The notes beneath the pieces were generated by a model. The model saw only the letters and a program-made list of their open reading frames with translations. It was not told where the DNA came from and searched no databases. From assembly GCA_030704615.1 (NCBI GenBank), contig CM060732.1, positions 28,210,001-28,274,000 on the forward strand: 64,000 bases of DNA, written 5' to 3'. Shown piece after piece: positions 36,841 to 48,800 of this stretch. Both the position numbers and the translations under genes were made by a program. The stretch comes from Takakia lepidozioides (taxonomy: Eukaryota; Plantae; Bryophyta). Numbering within the stretch: the stretch's first letter is position 1; the number at the start of each line of letters is the position of its first letter.

Positions 36841-39800
36841 ATGAATAAATTCGATATAATATAAAAACATACATATACATATTGGAGGGTTATTTTTAAT
36901 GATGAAAAATGAGAATATACATACAGAAGGGGGTACTTTTCGAAAATTGTAAATTTTTGTATATTTACAGGAGGGGATTTTATAATCTTCAAAAAATATG
37001 TACAGAGGGGGTATAAATTATCCAAGGACCCGTATACAGGGGGTTTTTTTATTAGGCGACGAACGCACGTGATATGCACAGTTTATAAAGAGTGCACCCC
37101 CCGGGAAACAGACAGACGACAAAAATTAAATAACTATCCAAAAGGGAAAACATTAAAGAATACAAACAGTGGGAATTGGCTTACCGAGTCAAGGAATGTA
37201 CACAGCTTGCCCCAAGTTCAAGAGGGTTCTCCAGTGTAACCAAATTTCCTGCTTTCCATAATGGCAAAGAATGAATCATTGACAATCTCGCATTTACATT
37301 CTCGCTGGATTCTGGATGGGTGCTCCACTGCGTCGTATGGCTCAATCTTCCCCTTCCGTTTTCGTTCCTTGTTTGCAATTGGGGTCTGCGCTACCTCACT
37401 CCCCGCAGTCTCCCCTTGGGTGGCCTTCTCCTTCCCTTTGTCCTTTGTACCATTTCCCTTTCCCTTCCCTCTCGCAGGAGTTTTGTTGGCTGCGGGTTCC
37501 TTCTTAGCGAGGTTTCGCAGATTCCTCTCACGCAATTCCTTGTCAGTAAGAGGGGCCAAAGACTCCGCATTGTCGTTCTAGTTCCATGTCTGTTACTCAT
37601 ACCAAGGGCAATCTGATTTCGGAATGTCTAGATACCAGCAGCAGTCTTTCAGGTGATATCTCCCGTAGTCTCTGAGGATGGCTGTCGTGTACATGGTCTG
37701 ACTGTTAGAGGGGTCAGACCACAAGTCGATGAAGGTAGGGTACTTACTGAGGTTTTTTTCCCGGAATGAGCACGTTCTTGATATACCTACAAAACAAAAG
37801 AGGTACACTTTTAGTCATTGAAGGCAAAAAAACATATTCTGCGGACCTCCCAAAATGCATGCGTCGACGCACACAGTTTGGGGTGCACAAATACTTGAGC
37901 ATGAGGCAACCGAAATACACTCACAAGTACCATATGCAAGAACAGGAGAAAACAAAGGGTTCCATATGCAGTAAAATATCCCATTCTTGGCAGACACATA
38001 TTCCATTCAGAACTGCCAACCAAACATTGAAATTCATGATGGAGGAGAGAACACATCTGAGTTTGTGGCCCTCCAAAATTGTGTGCATTGGCGCACGCAG
38101 TTTTGCATGGCCACAAACTGCCCGTCTAGTGATTGCCAAAGAAAGTTTTCAAACATAAAACAAAATTAACGAACCTGTATAGGACCCTCTTCATGGCTCC
38201 CTCCGCCCCATACTGCTGGTCAAAGTCATTTGTGGGGGAGATTCCTCCATCTCGGGAAAACTCTCTGAAAAAGCAGTCGCTCCAAGCAGTGGCCTTCCAC
38301 TGCCTCAAGTAATCCTCCAGAGTGTCATCGGGCACGGTCATGGTAATTTTGTAGTCATAAAGTTGTTTCTCCAATACCTTGTTTGCACAAGCTTCAATCT
38401 GCAGGTATTCATATGCATGGATTATAGTCCATTCATGGGAAAATATTCTCAAAATTTCAAGCAAAGAAAGTCCTGAAAAGTACCTGGCTCCAGTAGGTGG
38501 CTTTGTGCAACCATGTATCAAGAACTTGGTCGCTGAAGGGTTTGATGTGCCCAATGTTCTCATATCTTTCACCCCCATGGAAGTAGTATGTATCCTTGAC
38601 AGTTGGGTTGAATTCCAAATCTCCAACCATTTCACTTTCTGGTCAGCTTCCACAGCTGCAGTTGACAACCGGTGAAGCTGTTCCTGTGTCATCTCCGGTT
38701 TGGTGTTATTGTTCTAGTGGATCCTCACCTGGTTAAGGAACTCGGGACCAAAATCAGGGTCAGCTATTCTCAGCTATTTCACAAAAGCGCTCATGAGCTT
38801 CTTCCATATCTCATTCATCGTAAACTTCATGGCTTCCACCACTCCCTTGGAAGTCCTCATACCCTCCGGGTTTTTCAAATAATACTCAGCTTTTCCTCTC
38901 TCTCTAGCTTCAGCTATTTCTTGCTGCAAAACGCAATCCGGAATGAGATCACAACAGACAATGTTACTGACAATCACAACAGACAATGGAAGGCCAGAGC
39001 GATGGAATACTTACAATGTACATGTACTCCATGAATGAAGCTTGTATCAGGTATTTGACGTTTTCGATGTCAAACATTTCTTGAATGACTCTGCATTCAG
39101 GATGCTCTTGAATGAATTGAGGGACATCTGGCCGATATTCTGTAACCTGAATAGTGTGTGAAGAAGGTTCGTTGTCACATGGGCGGTTTCAGTTCGCTTG
39201 CACATATAGTGGTGTGTCATCGGTGAGTGCTAAAAGCAAACAGACAGTCAAGGGAAAATTGCAGACAATATTAGGTGAAGAAGACACTTACTTGTTAACG
39301 TCATGCATTGCCGTCAACAATGTAGTGATGTTTCCCTTGGGATCCAGCACCATTGAGGCCACAGAGTAGTGCCACTCCTCCTCGGTGCTATGATATCTCT
39401 CGATCATGTTCCTCCAGGCAAGCAATCGGTGGTTGCCATCCCAGACATGAAACATTTTGCTTGAGAAAGGCTGGGTGACGAGCCTCTTGTAGGTGATCGA
39501 TTCGAACTCCTCGTTTATCTGTCGCCAGATATGATCCCAGCCTCCAACAATGGACTCGTCCACCAATACCTCTTTGCCAGCGGAGTCCGCCAAGGAGATG
39601 TAAAAAATAGTCTGACCCTCTATGTACCCATGGCAGAAATCATGTTCCAACTTTTGAATGTCATTCGTCAGAGCTGGTCGAACGAAGGGCATGGAGATCA
39701 AACGGCATAGGGGTATCATTATTTTTCCCCCAGGGACGCCCATGGCCTTGATGACTCTGGCCGAATTCACTTTGGAGAAGGAAAGCAGATCTTTCGCTCT

Positions 39801-40054
39801 GTCTTCGTATGGCCTGCCATCGTCCTCCTCCTCAACAACCACCAGTTCTTGCTCAATCCTTCGTTCTCTACCTGAGCAACACCTTACCTTTTCTTCGTCT
39901 GCACTCAAAGTGATAGGTTTCGCATGTAAAAAAAACTTGCCAGAAATTGCGTGCTTCAACGCACGCAATTTTCTACCATCTAAAATTTACTCATTTCTTT
40001 GCCTATTTCATCACACAAAAAAGAAAACAAAAAACAAAAAAAACAATTGTTATT

Positions 40055-40510
40055 TATAATTGTCCTTAAGACTCCTTAGGACAGTCCTAAGGAGTCCTAA
40101 GAGGAGGAAAAAGTAAATAAATAAATTAAAAAAATTTATAATTGCCCTTAGGACTCTTTAAGATAGTCCTAAGGAGTCCTAAGAGGAAGAATATATATAT
40201 ATATATATATGTGTTATTTATAATTGCCCTTAAAACTCCTTAGGACTGTCCTAAAAAGTCATATTTGAAAAAAACAAATTGTAATTGCTCTCAGGACTCC
40301 CTAGGACAGTCCTAAGGAGTCCTGAAAAAAACACAAAAAAACAAAAAAACAATTTATAATTGCCCTTAGGACTCCTTAGGACAGTACTAAGGAGTCCTAA
40401 GAGGAAGAAAATAATAATAATAATAATAATTGCCCTTAGGACTCCTTAGGAGAGTGCTAAGGAGTCATAAAGGAGGATATATATATATAATTGCCCCTAA
40501 AACTTTTTAG
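40055..40510. repeat. Tandem hairpin repeats AGGACTCCTTAGGACAGTCCTAAGGAGTCCT
   Basis: About six copies of a ~31-bp palindrome preceded by TAATTGCCCTT and separated by A/AT-rich spacers. Confidence 0.85.
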
Positions 40511-40740
40511 GGAAATAAAAAAATCAAGTGCTACAATAAATGTATCGACTATGTACTGCTTATTAGTATCTACCAACAAAATTTGTAGGTTGTCACTATT
40601 TATTACAATTAAAACAAAATTTTGTTCTCGATAAATGTTCATACAGTTATTTACAATGCACCGACATCTATTTTTGAATAAACTTTCATGAGTTAGTACT
40701 TGAAACTTTTATTTCTATCACATCTGCTATAACATCCAAA

Positions 40741-41002
40741 GTAGTTCGATTAGAATTCGACAGCTGAGAGAGGTGAGTGTGAGAGAACCCCCAGAAATGG
40801 CGTGCGTTGACGCACGCAATTTCTGGGGGTTCTCTCACACTCACCTTTATGCCTATTCAGGGCTTCTGTCGCTGTCAACACAACACAGTGGAGAGAAGGT
40901 GAGTGTGAGAGAACCTCCAGAAATTGCGTGCGTCAACGCACGCAATTTCTGGAGGTTCTCTCACACTCACCTTCTCTCAGCTGTCGAACTCTAATCGAAC
41001 TA
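40741..41002. repeat. Nested inverted repeat (foldback with two internal ~75-85-bp hairpins)
   Basis: Outer arms GTAGTTCGATTAGAATTCGACAGCTGAGAG / CTCTCAGCTGTCGAACTCTAATCGAACTAC. Internal hairpins are centred on GCGTGCGTTGACGCACGC (~40808) and GCGTGCGTCAACGCACGC (~40934). Confidence 0.9.
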
Positions 41003-42332
41003 CTGGGGATGTTACAGCAGATGTGAATGTGAATGTCTCTCCTCCTATGCAGTACATGAAAAGTGAGAAGTGGGTCACACCTGGGTTTGGTTGTTATGCA
41101 TTGCCTGCATCCCTGTTGTCTTACTCTGAATGATAAAGAAAGAAATAGCAGAAAAGAGGGCAAGAAAATTGCGTGCGCCAATGCACGCAGTTTTCATGCC
41201 CTGGAAACTTGACAGAAGATGGCAAGTAAGAGAATCACCTGAGGTCCTTTGGCTGAAGAACTCCCAGATGCCTTTGATGTGGCAACATCGGCGGTCGTCC
41301 TCCCAGTTTGGGCAGCCTTCTTAACCTTTGGCGTCGCCTCCTCCTCCACGACGTTCTTCCCCTTCGGCGTGGATTCCTTCGTAAGAGCGTCTGCCTCGTC
41401 TGTGTCCATAGCGTCTGTGTCGTCCTCTGATGCAGTTTCGTCCCCAACTTCATCTGGAGCTGGCGGCTGGTCCTTCCCCGCCATCTGTTCGGTTTCCAGG
41501 GCTGCGCTCTCCTCTGCGATCTCCTTCAGTGTTGTGTTCAGCTTTCGGCCTTTCATTCTCTCTCTTGCCTTCTTCCTCTCTCGCGCTGAAGTAAAAGAGA
41601 ATTATTGTCTTCTACGCCTTTCACTCTCTCGTGCGGAACTCTGTCTCCTGCTACTCTCCAGCTTGAAAAACTACGATCTACTAGAATGAGAGACGTCGTG
41701 CGATGAGTAGCAGCCGGGGCATCGCTCTTGGCGGTTATGCATGTATTCACTGCATACGTTGTCCCCACCTAACGGCACATTCATCCATTCTGCAGTGGCC
41801 GCTATCTTTCATTATGGAGGTATGGCCATCGCATGGATTTGATTTGGATGGATGACTTATTTCAGTAGATTTTTTGGATTCTCCCGGATCAACATCTTCC
41901 ATTCGTTCGCTGCCAATTCCTCTTAAACCCTACACTCAATGCATTGTCGGGTTCCACGTGGCTGAACACATTGGGGTGACATGTGATGTCGGTCTCCGCC
42001 GTCAATTTACATGGGTCGGTAAAGGCACATAACTGCTGAACAACTGTTTTATGAACTGTTTTGACAATTGTTTCTGAAAGGCTCTTTAATGGTATGTCAG
42101 CTTTTAAAATAGGTCTTGGCTGACCCTTCCAGAACGGTTTGGGACATACATGACGTGTTGTCCTTTGCCGACCTTATTAGTTAAGGTGACGGACTTCTAG
42201 GTTTCCGTCGGAAATGCAAAACATGAGAAATGTAATCCCCACTATCATTTGTAACAAGAATCCGCACAGAAGTTGTGGGTTCCACACTCAAGTGGCTTCC
42301 GCACTTCTGCGAGGGAATTTCTCTTGCAGCAA

Positions 42333-45300
42333 TATGGCTTCCTCCGAAGCGGAGTTTTACTCTGTCGAGAAACCAGTACCTTTCTCGAAGGAGACCAATG
42401 ACAATGGTTTTGCAATTGCGGAGGAACATCTCCTACCAATGCGTTTCGAGTTCCAGTATGGTATTGTGTGGCTGGAAAGAGAGGTTTACGGTGTCGATGG
42501 GAAGTTGAAGAAGTATGCTTCCAGAAACCGGATGAAAACGCACTTATGAGTCAGTGGAGAGTTCCTCTAGGAAGATACAGAGTCCTTGGAGCTCCTCGCC
42601 GGCAGTCGATTGGTTCGAATGTGACGCCGGGAGCTGCTACTTTTGTTGTTCAAGACAAGAGGAATGTGGTCCTAAAGACTGAGCCCACAACTTCCAGACA
42701 AATTGTTGAGCTCTCCGACTCCTCGGAGGAGGACGTCCCGAAAATTCCTTTTGTGGCTCCTTCTCTGGTGGGCGTGGTGGTGTAGTGTCATTCCTAAACT
42801 GAAGTCAATGGGAGGAATGTCCGGTTTCAAGAGTGAATTGCGGGGGATTGACTGGGACACGGTCCTTGTTGAGCATGTGCAGTACCTTCCGAAATCTTTT
42901 GATGGGGATGTCGTCTTCGAGTTGCCTCCACCTGGGCGGGGTGGACCTGTTTCGAGCCTGATGCACGGAATGGACAAGAGACACGATGGACACCCATGGT
43001 GCAGAATGAAGACATCCAATATTCAAAATGATGATAAGCTCGTGTTCAGGAGAGCGGTGTGCAATGGGCACCTGAGGTGCGAGAATTTGAGTTACAGACA
43101 TTTCCTGTGGTCAGAGGTTCAGAACCAGAGCGAGTGGGAGGGTGTCGTCAAGAATCCTTTCAAGCCCGGTGAAGCACCTCCAAGCTCCAACACGTTCGTT
43201 TGCAAGTTCTGCAAACGAGCGCCTTCCTGTGTGGCAGTGTATGGAGCAAGAATGTACTATAGGGTGCACCGTTTTCCAACCTTGACTAGAGCCGGTGTGC
43301 ATTTCGGGTTCCACAACCATCCAGTGTCGAAAAGGGATTACAAGGAAAGCATTTAAACTGTATCCAGGTTGATAAGACAAGAGTATGTGAGCAATCCAAC
43401 AGCCACCACCTCCACAATTGTTCTTGGAGCAAGCAAGACTTTCCTGGAAACCCATATTCTTAGTGAAGGAGATTCTGTGGGCAGGAAACTTGACGGGGTA
43501 GCCTTGGACAATGTTATGGATCACTTCTCTACCTTGAGCTCGCCGAACATTAAAAACTAGGTGAATGCATTGAGGATGGGCTTTGCTAACAGAGGGTATG
43601 TTGATAACATTTTTGAGTTGAAGCGACGGAGCAGGTATGACTACATTCAAGAGAGTGTGTTCCTAGGTCAAGGATCGAACAAAGTGTACTTTTTAAAATG
43701 TCCACAGCCGGGGAGGGCAGCGGAGTCAGTCTTGTGAAGCGCATGCAGAAGGGTGACGATCTTCAGAACTGTTTCCTTATGTTTGATCACGTCAAACGAG
43801 TGAAAGACTGGACTACAATGGTGTGTCATGTTTACGATCCTTTCTACCAGCGAGTCATGACAATTGCAGTGTGTGACATGCAATCAGAGGATGTGGATTC
43901 GCAACAGCTAATGTGGAGAAGTCTCATTCGCGTTATGGACTCCCATGGTCTCCCATCTCCAGATTTTGCCGGATGGCCGACAGTGCTTAAGTGAATTTCA
44001 ATGCTATTCGCATTGTATTTGGATCAGGAGATCCAAAGGTGCCAATGCCAGGAAGAGAGCGGACGTGTCTTTTCCATTGGACCCAGTCCCTTGAGAAACA
44101 TACAAAGACAGACATCAAACGGGAAATGCAGCCTATTCATCTTAGGCTATGCAAACAGTACAAAGATGCCAAAAGCATGGCAAAGGCGAATACATTGTTC
44201 CAGACAATTTGTGCCTGGTGGTTCTCATCTGGGGCTGCATTAGAAGACAGTATGAGAGCGCTAGAAGACTGGCTGACATTTTGGCACTTCCGGTACAGAC
44301 AATGGGGAGCATGCATGACAACGGTGCGTGCATTTGAATTGAGTTTGTATCCATTTCCAATCATGTCTGTTGTAGTGGGGTGTGCCTGTCCTCTTTCTGA
44401 TATATGTTTTTCCATTTTGCAGCACTTCTCAATTGAAGAGATGGCGGACATGCCCTCTTGCAATCTTGTGGAGACAGTGCACAATGTATGGTTGTAGCAA
44501 TTTGGAAAGCGGGGCCGGGATTTGTATGTGGCGACAACAGATGATCTGATTCGAGCTCTACTACAACAGACAAGATATCAGGAGTTCTTGCGGGGTGGTG
44601 TTGGTGGCAAGGGTCCAGACAAGTCCGAGTTGATGTTGCGAGCAGCAAGAAGATCAGGGGATCTGAAAAAGATTGCTAGGGCTGTCAGCATGTGTGCGGA
44701 AGGAACTCCACTGGTGTCCAGAGTTCCCCATCTAGAGGATGAGGAGAGATTCGGGTCTTATAAACGGAAATTGAACACCCCTCCTGGGTCGGATGCGGAT
44801 TCCCACAGGCCGGACATGGACAACTTCTCCATGCCGCAAGTTCCATTTCATCAGAGGTTCGTTTCCGACATATCCAGTGTGGACGATCCTTTGTCACAAA
44901 GCCAAAGGCAGCCATCTCCCACAGTGAGTGCAATGGGGCAGGAGGCCATGAATGTGCTCCCCCTTGTGGTGGAGTCCATGTGCCCTGACGAAGTCTGGCA
45001 CATAGAACGCACCACTACTGGGTCTCGAGTGAAGTGCACGACAATCAGAGCAACCAATCGCGAGAAATGCAAGTCCTCTATATCCAGAGGCAAGGTCCGC
45101 ACTCCGGCTCCGACCTTCACTGGTTTGTTCACGACTTACGGGCAAGCCGAGGTGAAGAACCACAAATTCTGGTTCTGCCCTGACGACTATGGTAGGTGCG
45201 TGCATGGGACTGTGCGACCATCGGTTGTCAGGAAGCCTCCTCCACCAAGCATTTGGCCTGTGAAGGTGGGGACACATCTCACAACTCACGAGATTGGCAT

Positions 45301-45830
45301 GTTGGAGGAGGCAGGCTTCTTCCTTCAGCGAGCCCCATCTATACATGGAGGTGCTTCTACTTCAGCAAGTTCTGGAGTGCCACTACCGAACGCTGATGCA
45401 TGACCAACAAAATGAAATGGGAAGCTGGTTCGTCGTTTCCCTCCGACTGCCGAGCATTTCGGCAAGGTAGAATCCGCTCGAATGCTTCAAGGTCGCGTTG
45501 CAGGCACTATGGAAGTTCCACATCCCGGGTATGGACGAATCTACACTATGGTGACCTTCACATCCGCTATGCATGACCGGTTGTACACACAGTTTCAAAT
45601 TTCCCCAACTGCACCTGTCCTGATTTTGTTGGCATGCTTAAAACAAGTTTGGGAAAGACAGGCAAATTTATATCCTGCAAGCATCTGTATTTTATCTTCT
45701 TGAACAGAATGGTTTGTGATCCCAGACGCAACATCTTCATTCACCAGGCCACCATGAGTTTCAACGAGGTGAATACACTTATGCAGCGGGATAGGAGCAC
45801 ATAACATCTTCTTCACTTTGGTCAACTGCA
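42333..45830 (+). pseudogene. MULE (Mutator-like) transposase with WRKY/GCM1-like and SWIM zinc fingers
   Basis: HPWCRMKTSN...RAVCNGHLRC...CKFC...GFHNHP (WRKY/GCM1-like). FLMFDHVK (D1), MADSA (D2), RTCLFHW (CxxH), CNLVETVHN (E). SWIM PNCTCPDF...SCKHLYF at ~45605-45700. Contains several stops and frameshifts. Confidence 0.85.
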
Positions 45831-48800
45831 AATTCCATTATTGCATTTCACAATAGTTGAAACTTGAACTTGATGTCCCTTCATATATTTGATGCCAATG
45901 CAGCCTCCAATTATGTTGTGCAATGTGTGCCATTTCTTTCTTGTGTGTAGTCGTTTGAAAATAAATGGAACGGATGCAAATGCTTTCACAAGTCGTTCCT
46001 GCATTTTAATTTCTGGTGTTTTGCTTGAATGAATGCCACGTCTATAGGCCCCTCGGCTATATGTGTTATATGTTTCTGATGACATGGCATCTGACAAGTT
46101 GTCCAAATGCCACGTCATTCAGACAACTGCCACGTCAGCGTGACCCCACTTTCACGCCACATTAGCTGGTGTGAGCCTGCGCTCACGCCACATCACCTTC
46201 GCGTGAGCTCACGCTCTCACACTCACGCGGAAGTCACGTCCCTTGAATCAGTTCCCAAAGAGCACTATACAGCCTGGCACAAAGGTGGAAGGAATAAGTG
46301 ACATTGTGTTTGACAACTGGCTTCACAAGGCTACATTTTGGCGTCAGGTGTGTATTCAAAGAAATTCCATCTTTGTTGATTTCATGAATGTGATGAGTAC
46401 TTTATTTGCAAAACTGACAAATGTACCATTTGCAGCTGGAGAAGCGCGCAATCATTGTGCTCAAGCAGACTTTGAAGGACTTGAACATTTATATTGTTTC
46501 CCCGCCTCAAATGACATTGGAGGCAATACATAAGGAAGTGGAGAGGTCTCACCTGGAGATACTGTTTTTTCTGAGAGTTCTCCAAGGATGGTAACATTTT
46601 ACGGTCCAACGACTTTGACAGTCAGGTTGGGGGAGAGTTGGCCATGATGCGAGTTGTGTACAAGTGCAATGTCATACTGGAAATTGTGTTGCCTCTTGTG
46701 AGAAATCGTTAGGCTTTGTTAGCACTGTAATCACACATCCAAAGTGAATGTCGGTGCCGACATTCACTTCTATGTCTGTGTCCTTCCAAAGTTAGAGATT
46801 GCATTCACCTGGATTATGAACTTAGGGTGTGTATGCAGTGTCCTTGAATGGAATTTTGTGAATGTCGTTGACGACATTCACATCCAAAGCTGTTGTGAGC
46901 TCCTGAGATTTATTGTACATTTTGTATGTTCCATTGACTTTTTAGTGAGAGTTCATCATTCGAGTTTTCTGAATGTCGTTGCCAACATTCACTTTCCTTG
47001 CAATGTGCTTTTACATTGATAGGTTTATTTCCAATAGGTTAGGGATATTTCCGGGCAGAATACAAAGGGAAGCAAGTACTTTAAAAATTGTCAACTCATT
47101 TCCTTCCTCATTTTCATTCTATGCTATTGGCATCTTACTCACTTCGCGCTTTGGTGGGTTGGGTTTTGTCTCGTGTTTCACAGGTACACGAAATATGTGC
47201 TTATGGATGGAAATCACCTCAGCGGTATTCCAGACTATCTTGACATGTGGTTGGACCCTACAAACAATCCAACCATGTACACTGCAGGGATATTGAAGGA
47301 CCGGAGTCCTTTTCACTTCAGAGACTGTGGTTGGTACATAGACTGCCCACCTAAGCACACGACCTTTCAAGAGCAGCACATGAAATATTTGAACAATAAT
47401 GCTGAGATGCTGGCGCCTCTGGATGATGAGGAGTACCAAAGAAACATAACAACATTGGTTGCCAAGGAGCCTTATGCTCAGGAAACGACATAGAAGGGCA
47501 AGAAGGCGGGGCGCAAACCAAAAGACAAGGCTCCTGATGTCATAGCCAGGTCACCAGCAAAGCTAAAGGACAAAGACAAGTCCAAGGATAAGGAGAAGGA
47601 AAAGGACAAGGAGAAGGAAAGGGACAAGGGGAAGGAGAAAGAAAAGGAGAAGGAGAAGAAAAAGGAGAGGGAGAAGGAAAATGAGAGTGAGAAGGACTTC
47701 ACTGCTGGAAGATATACCTGCCCAATTCAGTGCGTGATCGATGCCAAGCCACACCCTTCCCGTGCTGATTTGGCAGGAGAGATTAAGATTGTCAATGAGG
47801 GTTGGCTGGCGATGATGCAGAGTCGAAAGAGAGGATACACTGGGGGGCCTTCGCCTACCTGGGTCAACATGATCTCATTCCTTAATCTGGTGAGAATTTG
47901 ATTTTCTTTCCTTTGCATCTGTAAGTGTCATTTGCAGTATTAAAGTTTGTTTATTTGAAAACATTCTTCTCTTCGTTATAAAATTGAACATGTCTGTTGC
48001 AGGTGAGCACTGGTCCTACCTTTGTGTGCGGTGTGCAGAAAACATTTGTAGCTGACATGGTCATTCTCGACATCCCGGACGGCTAGGTTGTGCCAGAAGT
48101 TCTTCCGAAGGGCAAGACGCTAAGCTGGAACAAATTCGATGACATCTATTGGAGTTGGGTGTTCGGGTTCTGCAATAATTTCCTCTCTGATGTAGGGACA
48201 CTTTTGTTTTTTCAGTCATGTGTGAAAGATAGTCGTCGGGCATTGGCATCATACCTGAAGTCCTCTGGGTTTGAAGTTTTGCGCACATGGAACTGTGTGA
48301 ATAGCCTCTATCTTGTGAAAGGGGGTTGTCCTGGTCAGCTGGTATGTCGTCTCCCTTCTGCTTGTGCTTTCATGCTGCATTTCAATGTTCTCTGCAGCTC
48401 CACTCTAGAAGAATCTGTAATGATCGACACCGATCATCACAAATTCGTGACAAAACATATTGTTGTATGCCTGTGTTTTGAATAACCAATGTAAAAACTT
48501 CCACTATAGTTTGTGTTTACCACCCTAACCTGCAGTCTTGGGCAGACGAGGATGTTCGAGGCGATTTGCCTGCGGAGGATTCGCACCTCAAAGACACCAT
48601 CCTCCGTCCGCAGCTTTGAGATTTCTGACCAGGGTTGTTTCGTCAACCCCCCGTATGAGCCGCATGTTGATGACATTTTGTACAACTTCATGCAGTCCAG
48701 TCAGACTCTCAAGAGACCAGATGGCAATCCTTGGAGAGGTGCAAAGGAAAAAAACCCAGCGTTCATGCAGACACTGCTGGAGTCATGTAACCACCATTCT

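Larger units (their letters stand above)
31124..37105. mobile_element. TIR DNA transposon, 16-bp TIR CCCGGGGGGTGCACTC, 8-bp TSD, superfamily unresolved
   Basis: Perfect TIRs at 31124-31139 and 37090-37105. TSD AAACAGAC at 31116-31123 and 37106-37113. ACAG(G)AGGGGG subterminal motifs at both ends. Sits 4 nt upstream of a splice acceptor of gene B. Confidence 0.93.
30143..41556 (-). pseudogene. ParB/Srx-like + beta-class amino-methyltransferase fusion gene, copy B (cargo of inner MULE)
   Basis: Acidic first exon 41556-41239 (probable). ParB-like exon ~39870-39292 (FVRPALTNDIQKLEHDF...FHVWDGNHRLLAW). Middle exons ~39200-37185 are colinear with copy A. MTase exons 31111-30773 (ADMVIVDILDG), ~30610-30358 (PWRGAKEKSP) and 30273-30143 (GASYHACKAAGRHLFGMEGD). 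Intron positions are shared with copy A. Confidence 0.8.
29391..46242 (+). mobile_element. Mutator-like DNA transposon (inner copy) carrying a transposase and a ParB-MTase gene
   Basis: Left end GGGATGCTTCCGCATGAGAGCGCGTGAG; right end CTCACGCGGAAGTCACGTCCC. Flanks TTGAATCAAG (29381-29390) and TTGAATCAG (46243-46251) form a ~9-bp TSD. Excision restores the reading frame of gene A. Confidence 0.85.

Noticed and set aside
40055-40510. CRISPR-like array of ~31-bp palindromic repeats
   Set aside because: The spacers are low-complexity A/AT tracts of variable length, there are no cas genes, and the context is eukaryotic.
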